DNA of 64,000 bases. Origin: Balanoglossus misakiensis. Taxonomy: Eukaryota > Animalia > Hemichordata. Every line of letters begins with the position of its first letter. Position 1 is the first letter of the stretch. A program made the translations under genes and the position numbers. Location of the stretch: positions 1,377,908 to 1,441,907 of the forward strand of contig CM082579.2 of NCBI GenBank assembly GCA_040954595.2. Reading direction: 5' to 3'. The notes beneath the pieces were generated by a model. It was not told the origin of the DNA. It was given only the letters and a program-made list of their open reading frames with translations, and made no database searches. Shown here in pieces: positions 26,701 through 38,739 of this stretch.

Positions 26701-29700
26701 CTAGCACAAGTATTTCATATTCTATGGATGCCTGTAATGAATCTCATTATTCACATTATTAGCCCGTCGACCATGGGAGGCGTTAATGGGCTCGATCATA
26801 GTCGGCTCATGATTTCCATTGACTCGCCCTTGACCATGATCAAGAATTCGAAATACATGTTTGTGTAAAAACAAGTCTATTTTTACACGCGGTATTTCAA
26901 TCATCACAGGCGGAAATCTGTTATTAAAATTAAAACATTTACCAGTGAGTCCGTAAATATTATCTTAATATAAAACCAGTCAGTTGAACGACTTAAATTT
27001 AAGTCCGGCAATTCTACTCATAAATCAGTTCCATGAAAATTCTTTACTGCAGCCATAAAATTAACAATTTATTTTCTTCCTGCTAATAAAACGAACTGTG
27101 ACTGCTAAGAATGCATCAATTTTTACTTTTCATGCAAATTCATTTACAAACCAAAATCAATCACTTGATTGGCAAATAAACTGATTGCTATGCTTCGATG
27201 CTGCAGCCACACGCACATATAATATAGCATCTTCTCAACAATCATAAATATATTATCCTTAACGTTTTGGCTCACAAAATTATCATTTAAACTATTCACA
27301 CCTTTTTCTAAAATTGTATCTTCCGGGGATTTAAAGAGCATTCGGCAGTTCACAGCATTACAATATATCGCCGGTCCACAAAATCAGGTTTAATTTGTTG
27401 TGGTGTAAAGTATAATGTGAACACAGATGACGACCAAACAATTTATTTCATCAATACAGGTAAGCGTAACATACATAGAGTTGCCTGTATTTTGTCTAAT
27501 AAATCGAACCTATTTACATAATTGATCGATATGAAATAAAGTCACGGAATCATGTGTACTTAAGGCACGTTCCGGATATTGGCATTTTATTGATGTAATA
27601 TAAACTTAAAAGATATCCGTATATTTTTGCGACTTTTAGTTAGACACACGTGGTGGGGAATTGGCGCTTAAAATGTGTCGTAAATGTTTTATTGGAAAAT
27701 TGTTATAGAGAGTGATGAACTGCCCATTCGAGGGAGATAAGGACGTGATGAATTTAAGAAGCGGCAGATGAACTTTCGAACTATACACTTCACACCTGAA
27801 AGTGCAATACAGCGCCAAAAACTACCCCTTCCCTAAAAAGATAAATGTAGGCCTACACATATATTTGTCGACTGAAGTCAGCCACGCGTGGTATGCAAAG
27901 GTCAAATGTTTGGGTATTAACATCAGTCACTTATCTAGTTATCATATCGGAATTTGTTTTCACATTTTAATAAACAGATAAGTGAATAATCAACGTTTTG
28001 TGTTGCATCGATTTCTTCGGGTTAATTTCGTTACCACAAATCCAATTAAGTCAGGCGTTCGGAATATGCAAGCGCATAGATATATACTGTAGGCGAACGA
28101 GGACGAAGTGATGACGACATAGAACGACACAAACATGATAGATGGAATGAAATATTAAAATTACAGTATCCTAACGTCGGGTTCCTCACACTTCATGTAA
28201 AAAATTACATTGTGGTTGTAGTAGTGGTATATATTAATAAATGTCCAGTTACCGGACTATGTTCTCAACTTATAATACTCATAAATTTAAAATAAATGCA
28301 TCAGTGACAAATTAATGTGATATAATTTTCATGAATACCAAACCTCCACAATCAAATTCAGCTGCGCGTTTCACTTGGCTGAACCCGTATTTTTTCACCT
28401 TATTTCACCTCACGTGTAGATGGCCGTTATTACCCTTATAAAGAAAATCATCTTGTAAATTGAATGAATTAAGTTGTACCAAAGCGATATTTGGGGATGC
28501 ATTTCCACTGTTGTGTAGCCCCACAAAACACATAACGTGCGAGCCCAGGTAACCGTGTCATACGCTATGCATGCATACAATATTAAAAATTAATGGACAT
28601 AACCGTTGAAACTTAAACCGATATCTTCATCGATGGTACTCAGCCGTGATGTATGTCCCCGAGTTCTGTGACCTAGATCGAAATGGGTGTCATTTTTCAT
28701 GAGGCACTCTTCACGTCAGAAAAGTGTAAGTCGCTAAATCTTGCTGCTCTTTGCTGTAATAGTTTGTGTGGATATACTTGGAAGAAATTCGTATTATACC
28801 AACCATTCATATTTAGAGGGATTAATGTTTGAGTTTGTCCTCGCAGACGAAATCCAGGGGGAAGGATCAGATGATGTCCCGTCCGTCCGTAACCAGCAAT
28901 TACTCGGGCATGCTTGGACCGATTTTCGAGTCATTTAAATTTGATAAGTTGACAGTGTATTATCATTGCAAAAGTACGTCAATTTATTTCATACTGTAAC
29001 ACCAGGCAGCCAAGGCTCCAGGGAGAGCAAAGTGCAAAAACACATTCGCAAACTGTGCAGTCCTGATCACTACAGGTAACCATGCATAGCCCCAGAGAAC
29101 ATTTCTAGACGGTATGGCGTATCTAGTGCTGAGATAGCATGACAGATGACTGGACTAGCTTCTTCGATCTCACGCGGAACTTGTTATTTATTCAGAGACC
29201 GTAGGGGCCAGTGGTCCCTTGTCGAACGCTACGAGACTTGCATGGCATTTAAGCTTACATTACACGGATTTTGTTTGGTCTTCTTTTGACATCCACGATC
29301 AAGTGCAACAATCTGTGATGTAATTGGATTATCGATACCCGACTTTTTTCATATAAGTGGGTTAATCAACAATTTGGACAATTGGGGGAAAGTCGTTGAA
29401 ATCAGTGCAAGGGTTTTTAAGACTCGATAGACGCGATAACAATTAAAGGTTGAAGGATGGCCAACCAAGGGGAATTTTGTTTGAACATATCAAGTTGACA
29501 TCGGTGGGAACTCTATGTTGTGTAAACTTTGATTAGAGACTAGTTCGGGGAGTTGAAATTGTCGGATGCAAATTTCCGCACTGAATTGCTGAATTGGGTG
29601 TTTACACTTAGTGTACACGAATTACCATGGTTACCAGAGTTGAAGGACGAAATTGAGATGCGTAGGACGCCAGTAGACAGCTTGTACAGAATCTTTCAGT

Positions 29701-32700
29701 TAATCCCTTTGGGGTATTTTCAAGCTTCTTTATACCAACAAGCAATGAATGGAATGGAATATATGGAGTAGCGATAGCCTAGAAGATCCTGAACATTTGC
29801 ATAATCAAGATTTTCTTCTGGCGTTGCGACCACTGAAAAATAACATGTGCTTTTGACGATCAGCAGCGGGTGCAGGCGAGGTTGATATAGACCCACATGC
29901 AGCCACGAAGCTCGTTCATGTGACGGACAGAGCAAAGTAATAAGACACAGTTTAAGCATTGCTCGTCACGACATTTTAAATTTGACGCTGGGGATTTGGG
30001 GTCCAATGTCTTTGAGTATTACCCATAAAAGTGAAATATGGGATGCACCAGTTACAGTATTTGCTCTCTCAATGAAATATAGGCCAAAGTGTCCTTTCCT
30101 GGGTTGAACTTACAAATATAAATACATTTACTCGTACCTTCTTTTATTATATATGCGTACATAAACGCTTTCTTATTCTACAGTTTGAAAAATTATACTC
30201 TCAACCAACGTTTTTTTCTATTCGGTATAAGCAAGTAATTCCTATCTGGCGCGTTATAAAGCTTGCTGTACATTGTTTATGAAAACACGAGTGTGTTTTG
30301 CGAAATGTACTTTTATCTCTAGCCCACTGCTCACCGTTGCTGGTGCATATACGCACTTATCTCTCTGAGATGGTGACTCCATTTCTCGGTGAATAACTGC
30401 TCTTTTGTTCCATTTCAGCTCTCTTGATACTTCTGATCGCCGCATCAGTTGGACAAGAAGGCTCGGGTAAGTGGGAGAACCATTTATTCTTTAAAGCACA
30501 AAAATACCAAATCAGATTAGAAGGAAAGAATCTTACTCCGAGTCTCTCCTCATTTATCATTTTCCGTCTGCCAGGAAAGCCATCAATTTCTCTCAGAATA
30601 TGTACAGGTAAATTATCCCGCGAGATCCCCAAATGTTGCACGGTAACCCCTTTTTTATTCTAAATTTTAAGAGAAAATAATCTTAAGTTGCCTTGGGGAA
30701 AATATGAGAAACGGTTTAAGACTTTGATTTTCGAGGGACATATTATCCTTAACATATTTTTGAGTGCCAGATCTAGACGGATCACGGATGCTTGTGTCGT
30801 GAAATCAAAATTACAAACTGCACGGAGAAGACGATGCCTCGTGGATGATAGCATGATCTAATTTCAGTATAAGAACGGCCTTATATCGACGCGACACATT
30901 TCGTTTTTATCTCGTTTTAATTTCAACCGAAAACTCGTTGATTAATAACGTACATTGTTTGATATTCCGCGCCGCGGATACATTCCACCATTGCTGATAT
31001 CGTTCCGGCGAATGTTTGTCTTCATATTTCTCCCGCCAGAGCGACAACCTTATCTGATAAAATCTTTCCGTCTGACTATCACAAGGTCAGTAAGTGTGAT
31101 CTAAATGTAATTATAACGAGCATTCTGGCTGTCACCGGTGCCGAATCGGGAATCAGTTCACATTTTGTAGAAAATATTAATTTCATTGAAAATGTTTCCA
31201 TTCTTTTCTGACAGTCGTGTTTCTGCATATACATAAGTTGACATAAGACTCAAGTCAACCACAAAATATACAGGTGGAATTCGTGACCGGACGTGACTAT
31301 ATTCTCAGAAAAAAAAAACATCTTGGCGATTCGGATGCTGAACATTTAATATACCGCCGTGACTTGTACCAAACGAGACATCAGTTACATTATATAATTT
31401 CCACTGTATATGTTTCAGTGAAATATTGTTCGTGGAAGGGTTTTATAGGAATGTTATGATATAAAACGCTTTCTAAGGTAACACTTTTAACGGAGCATTA
31501 AAAGGCGCGGGTTCGCTGAGTTCTGTTTGATGGTTTTGATGAAGTGCTAAAAGGAAGAAAACATTTTTCGTGGCTTACACGCGTGCGCGCCATTAATATC
31601 GATTGCAGTGACAAGACCACTGTCTTGTGTTTGTGACAGCGTCCATTGGGACCAAAAATACAGACCGACTCGATTTTATAAGCCAGAGCACGTTTTTTGT
31701 TTGCGATATATCTTCGTTATTTCCGCTTTACTAGCCTCCCATCTCCGTACTCTAGCACATCTGGATTGCAATCATTCCGCTATGATGTTTTCTTTCTTGT
31801 TAAAAAAACTAATTACCGGTTGTCTGCTACGTGTCGCTTCACAGTTTCCAACAATTGGTAGGCCTAAGCCCTATTTAATGATTATGTTGGCAATGTTTGC
31901 GCTGGGAAAAGTTTCAACTTATATCATAATGGGGGAATTGATTTCGAAATGTTCCACCCTTCGCCTTCCTCAATAATCCATTAATCGGCATTTAGTAAGG
32001 TGGACCTATCGGGTCGGATCAAATAAACAGTTGACTAATTAATCGATTGTAATCCTAATAGAACCCACGCTAGCAATCTAAGTACTCACAGAGCGATACT
32101 AATTTATGTCGACTTTGTGTATATATAAATGCCCGTACATTTTGTTATAGATAAATCATGGTGTCACATACAGTGTACTTGATGAATTGAAGTTTAGCAT
32201 TCCTGTATCTTTGCACAGTCTCCAAATTCTGGTAATGTCTGACACCAATAATCTAATACAATTAACACTTACACAACTATTGTTGTTTTTTTCCAAATCG
32301 CGAAAAATAGATTTTCTTGCCAGGGAGGTATAAATAAATGAATTGGGATGAACAGCCCTACCTTAGGATGGTTACGGCATGAACAAGATTGTCTGTAGAG
32401 TTGATCTTTGCCTTTAAGGAATGCCATCCATCATTTTTATCTCATTTGGTTGCCATGTCAGCTAACCGAAATAAGCCGCTTACTATCAGAAACCTTCAAA
32501 CTCTTGCAAGCTTTAAAAGAGCCTTACATAAAAGGGTAGAAATGTTATGGGTACGGTTATTGCCTTTCGCAGTCAGAAAAATAAATAGACTGCTCCATAC
32601 ATACATCTTTCTCTCACATGAAGGTGTTTTGAAACCGTAAGGTAACCAAAACCTAGAAAACTTTCCCGTCTTAAATCATAGCAACCCGATGGTATCATAG

Positions 32701-35700
32701 CCCAATGATCACCAGATACAGTATCACCAATTTAAGGCGTCGTTTCGTTTACTCAAGCTGGTTGGGACAAAAATTATACTTGTGACTATCTGAAGCCACT
32801 TTGCTAGCGGATTGCCACGCCGTAATGTATACCTGTCGACCCTCTCGATTGGCCAACAGCAACTCCTGGTGTTACGCAGACACTTGATATTTTACTTGTT
32901 TTATGCTCCCAGGTGACGACCAGACCCCGAGTGGACCAATGCCAGAAGGCGACCACGCGACGCCGTCCTGTGGAGGTGTATTTGACGAAAAACGAAGCGA
33001 AATTTTATATTCTCCCAATCATCCAGACAAATACCCAAAAGAGGCCGACTGTATTTATGTCATCAAAGGTAAATTACAAAATGCGTACTTGTCAATCCAC
33101 ATGATTGATTAGTGAGAGTGTGGGCTTGGGAGATGGTCGCCAGCGCCGGTCGTCTGTCTGTCAGTCTATCTTTATACGTATATACGTGTGCGCAACTTTA
33201 GTGCAACTTTGGTATTTGGAGGTATACGTTAGAATATAGTTTGATTAACTTAGGCCTAATTTGTACTTCAGATGAGATACACTTCAAAAATGTCTAGAAC
33301 GCTGATTGCAAATCCAACGAAATGAGAGACGACTCATGTTATGTTTAAACAGACACGCGTTACTCCTTAGTGATTGGCCCATTGACCTTTGTCGTATCAG
33401 TTAAGCCAATGCAGCGTTTGACGGGCCGACGTGGTTCTTTCAACACAGTACTGGGGAAAAGCATGTGGTGTATATTTGGATCTTACAGAGTTTCCTCCTA
33501 AGTGCACGTGTGTGTGTGTGTGTCGACGTCAAACTGTGGAACCGTCCGTCAACTTATCTGCTTCGTCGATAGCGTAGGCCTAAACACTGCTATTGTACGA
33601 TTGGTCGGAAGATAGTCCAACCTCGGTTATTCATAGAAAAAAGTGGTTTATAATACTGTATTAAAAATTAATGATTCGAAGTATGTGCATCACGTATTGT
33701 GCGCGTTTGCATGGTCTGCGTATTTAATGATCTTTGCTAGTTATTTTTAAGAGACTCGAGTTTGAATATTGAACGTGTGCTGTGAATTGTTTTCATCACG
33801 TACTGTGATATATTACCGTAATGAGATTTAGGTAATTGTGTATTGCAGTCAGTGTGTAAACGAAGGGTGCCCACATGGTGTCACCATAGAATTATAGCAT
33901 TTTATTCATTCGCGAGTGGTCGATTATGTATTATGAAATATTGTTTTGATAAAATTAAAAAATAAAGAAGAAAGTAATATTAATTGATATATTTTTCCCG
34001 AATTTACAGCCAACACGGATGACGTCATTCGCCTTACATTTGGCCCTGCGTACTCGATAGAAAGTTCTCGCGAATGCCGTTTCGACTACTTGGAAATACG
34101 GGATGGTCGCTGGGGATTCTCTCCGCTGATTGGTCGCTTCTGTGGCGTAGATCAACCAATGAACATCGTGTCTACCGGGAGATTCCTTTGGATGAGATTT
34201 GTGAGCGACGACACGGTTGAAGAAACAGGATTTGCAGTTCGCTACGAGTTCATCACAGTTATGATAGGTGGGTTTATACTAAAAGGAAATTCATTGTGAA
34301 TTACCATGATCAAAATGAACGTGATTGCAAGCTAATACATGTAATTGATAAAACTTAAGTAGTAGACCTAATATCAGTTTCTTCTCTCTACCCAGATAAT
34401 CCAATTAGCACGGAAGTAAATAATTCACAACTTATTGACGGTAGGTAATATAATAATGTTTACAGAAGCTCTTTATGCGAAAGCATGCTTGCAAATTGAC
34501 ACCAGTTTACACTTCGCCGTCGTTGTCGTAACCCGCTGAGGTACAATTTTAAGTTTTAAAACACTAATTTGCACGCAACCATGTTATTCTTACAGAATGC
34601 GTTTTCGAAATGGAAGGTGTTGAAGGCGAAATTGTCTCCAAGACCATGCTACCGAAATCGTCAGCGAATCTTGATTGTACGTGGCAAATAACAGTGCCAT
34701 CGGATCACAAGGTATGAAACCATCGTGTGTTGTGTGTTACCAAATACGTGGTTATAGTGTCAGTAATTTATGTCAAATGAGAACAAACGACTGGAAAGCA
34801 CGTCTGTAAATTTTAATTTGATTTTAAGTTTCATAAATGACACAAATGACGCATTCGGCAGAATGCTTACACAAGATCATTCTAATTGTCTAATATAGTG
34901 CATACTGCAGAAAATTTACAAAATCTAGAAAAGGGACAGAGAGTATCTCAGTATACAGTTTTGAAGAATACGAAAATAAATATCAATGTCCTTTGTTCAA
35001 ATTTCAGATTCTTGTAGTTTTTGAACAGTTTAGCATGCATTGGTTGAATATTTGCGGACAGAACAAATTATCTCTCTACGATGGAATCAGCACCGAGACG
35101 CACGAAGTAGTGCACTACTGCAGCGGAACAGCGCCAGATGTGTTCACCACGAGCAATCGTTTGTTTCTCAGATTTATTACCGGCCGCAAAAGCTCACGAA
35201 GTCATTTTGTTGCATATTTCACGGCTTTCACCGATTGTAAGTACTGCTGTAGGAAATTTCTGGACTAAGTTTGGATGCTTTTTGAATCTTGATTCCATGA
35301 ATGAATTGTAGGGGGTGGCCGCCATATTTGCATCCAGGTGACACCAATGTAATCGAAATGCGAAAAGGATTTATTGCCTGTCTTATAGTTATTCAGATTT
35401 AGCAGAATAAACGTAATTAAATTGTGGGGTCTTTCATTCTTTCGTCTGTCACATTTCATTTTGATTTTTCCCCTAGTGCCATGTAACACTTCCCAATTTC
35501 GATGCGGTCAAGAGATGTGTATTAACCAGACGCTGGTGTGCAACAAACGTCACAATTGTTATCATTTCGCATGGGATGAAGAAAGTTGCCGTAAGTATAG
35601 CTAGTACTTCGAAACATACTCTATAGGACGACACATCAACGCCCCCTCGCCACATAATCCATTTTCTAGGCTGACTTAAATACTTAATCACGGTGCGAAC

Positions 35701-37581
35701 GTAGATTTTTCCTCTAAGGTCTCCAAAAGTGTTTGGATGAATTCGGAAAATTTTTGGACAGTTCTTTTTATTATTTTTCTTATTTTTACAGAGAGGACCG
35801 CATGCGATAGCAACCCTTGTATGAACGGTGCTTCCTGTATTGCCAATGGTACTACTCATTATGTTTGCGAATGTATGTTCGGTTTTCGCGGTCACAACTG
35901 TGACAAACGGGGTAAGGGCTGTTCCGAAGCGAAACTTGTTCTGCACCGGTCATGTAAGAGTGGCTATTCTCATCACTGCCATATCTCTTGGTTGTTTTTG
36001 TTTGTGTTTTTGTTTTGGTTGTCTTTCTCACTGGTTTTGCTTCCTTCCTTTGATTCCTCCATTCTTTTTTATGATCTAGACTTTTTTCTGGCTGTTTTGT
36101 TGTTGACCTCCAATTGAATGTTTTGTTTTGATTAGTGGTCGCTTTGGTGTGCACTACTGGTTTGGTCGTTTGACGTAAAACTATTTCTTTTGTCGTACCA
36201 TAATTGTCATCCCCGTACATATTTTTCTGCTCTTTTGCTAATGTTTTCGGTGCATTCTGTTGTTTGGCTCATAACACTGAATGTCGTATACGGATTCTAA
36301 GTTCAAGGTCACAGAGTCAGAAGTTTGAGGGAAGAGCTAAGCAGATGGTTTGTGATGTCCGTTGTTTTCAGAGAGAGAAAGAATGGTGTAAATGCCATCA
36401 CTGATAATATTTGTCTAGACGAAATAGTGTTTTTTTCTGCTGCTCGTCTGTGGTGTGGAATTTCACGGGTTGGAATTCACAGATCGCCGTATAAGGCAGT
36501 CTGAGATTCTAGATTTCGGATTGTCAAAGCTGAGACATAAATCGCCATCGGAGATTTCCCTCAGCTAACCTTTTTGTTTTGTATGCATATGCAAACAGTG
36601 CGAAAACAAGAGTGTCATGCTGCATACTACATAACAAGTTCGATCCTCCGCCCTTGGCCTTGAGGAGCTTTGCAACCCGACCTTTCCCGTTGCGCTTCTC
36701 ATGGTCAATGTCACAGTTGCCTATCGATTATTGGAAACATATTGGAAGTTTGGCAAAGCTCAGTGTAACTGTCTTGTACTGAACAAGAATTAAACCCTAA
36801 TGCAGTGGGCCGTTGGCACATATTCTGAATCGGGGACATTGTGTTATTGCTTCATGCATTATGTGAAATATTCTCATGCGTCACGTGATGCTTTTTTCCC
36901 TTTTTTTCAGGGGAAGAAACTCCACGTCAGCCTTTGATGGATGCATATGCTGGGGCGTTGTTTGGTGCCTTTGCCGGGTTGACTGTTATTGTGATAAGCG
37001 TCATCGTTATAGTGTCGTGTCGACACTCGCTGCAACAGAACAAGAGGAGGGCGTCGATGATCGAGTATCGAAGGCGTAGCGTAGCGGCCATGAGTTCGGG
37101 GCGTGGATCGGACGTCGTCCATCGTTTAAGTCTGCCGGGAGATTTGGGCGGCTCTCGCCTTCATCGCCATGGCAGCATACGCAGTCAGTATACCGATCCC
37201 GGGGAGTACCACGAACTCGACACGATTTCTTCCAAATACGGCCAGCCTAGGAGGACGTCACACGACGGCCGGAGATCCTCGAGCCCGATCGTTCACCGTG
37301 AAGCCTCCAACTCTTGCATTAACCAGTGCCCTCAGCCGACAACGCTGCAAGTACCAGTCACGGTCACCCCGGATCGGACTAGCAACAATAAACCGGAAAA
37401 CCAGTGTCTTCCAGAGGACTCATTGCTCTCTCCCGTCACGACTTTCAGGTACGGGGACGGGTTTCGAACTGTTCAGAAAGTTGACATGCATCCGTACCCG
37501 AGGAAGTCTTCGTTTGATCAGTACTCTTCACAATACAATGAAACACAAGCGGAGCCTAAAAAATTCGACACGGCCATATGA
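23778..37581 (+). CDS. NETO: Neuropilin and tolloid-like (NETO family) protein: SP-CUB-CUB-LDLa-EGF-TM-cytoplasmic tail; exons 23778-23814, 30419-30466, 32913-33068, 34010-34267, 34396-34440, 34596-34711, 35008-35236, 35477-35590, 35792-35911, 36911-37581
   Basis: All junctions are GT-AG and in frame. Signal MKAFCSTFALSSALLILLIAASVG. CUB1 SPNHPDKYP..YSIESSRECRFDYLEIRDGRWGFSPLIGRFCG..STGRFLWMRF closely matches NETO1/2 as recalled ([32 protein letters not shown]). Then CUB2, LDLa (CNTSQFRCGQEMCINQTLVCN..WDEESC), TM (ALFGAFAGLTVIVISVIVIVSC) and C-terminus DTAI. The two small 5' exons are less certain. Confidence 0.85.
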
Positions 37582-38002
37582 CGGCAATTGAAACTTTTCC
37601 TTTTTCTGGAAGATTCATCATTTTGTGATAACAAAAGACAACCAACAAACGTACTGGTTCCGATATCCTTTGTTTAATAGGATCTTTGTCACATTTGGAG
37701 AACATTTTGTAAAGAGTAATTCTGTGTCGTTTTATCATTTTTTACAACAAACTAAGAGCGTACAATCTCGGTGGGAGTTTTTTATCCAATTATATAGCAT
37801 GTGTGTCGACAACATTTCGAAGTGTGCAATAATTTGCAATAAGCTTTAATTGAATTTCGATTATAGGCATGGACGTTTTGACAATTTACAGAATTTGTGA
37901 TTGCGACACTATGGCTGCTGCTTCAGCTGGTTCAGAGTGACTATAAAAGCCTTGTATGATGCAATTGTGGGTTAATGTGATGTTATATTTGTACTCGTCC
38001 GC

Positions 38003-38008
38003 AATAAA
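38003..38008 (+). promoter_or_regulatory. candidate polyadenylation signal of the NETO-like gene
   Basis: AATAAA about 420 nt after the stop codon. Confidence 0.45.
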
Positions 38009-38739
38009 AAACACACGAAGAAAGTCAAACCATCACTCACCAATTTTACTGGAACATCAGGTATCCCATACACAACTATTCGATGCTTCAAGACTTTGGA
38101 CCGTTGATTCGAATAACCGTGTCTGATATCATGGACTGGTAGGACCTATATGTGTTTGAGTGATTAGTGCATCCCCATTCACCAGCAGTAAAATGAAGCA
38201 GTAGCGTCGTATTGACAAAGTTTGGGTTTCGTATCAAAAACTGAACATTTTTGTTTCCAGTTGTCTTTTACATCTGCAACAAGTTGACATCTGGACAACT
38301 GTTTTCTTGTCGAGTGTACCTGGTATGAAAACACTTTCTAGTGATTTTGTCAGAGTGGTGACATTGAACAGCATTAATGAAAATTAATTATTAATTTTGG
38401 GTTTAAAGGAGAAACAATTACCACTACTTATCCGTGGTAAGAGGAGCGAGGTTTTCAATAATCAGGAATTTTGTACAGACTTCCCATTGTGCATGAAATA
38501 TAACGCCTAATATGATTTCAACACGATTATTTTTTAGAAAACAAGAATTTTATCACTCTGGTTATTTGTATTTTTAAAAGTAAACTGCAAAATAGGTAAT
38601 GCAAATTATGATATCGCAGCTGGGTATTGTGAAACTTTCATTTTTAAATTAAAAGTTTGAATACAAAATTTGTAATAAAGTGTCATGTTGTCTTAGTGTA
38701 AGTAACATTTGATGTTTGGACAGGATGGACATTAACATA

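Noticed and set aside
9088-32640. Many 60-146 aa ORFs on both strands
   Set aside because: No recognisable domains or consistent exon chains, apart from the short NETO exon at 30419-30466. They fit random ORFs in intergenic and intronic DNA.
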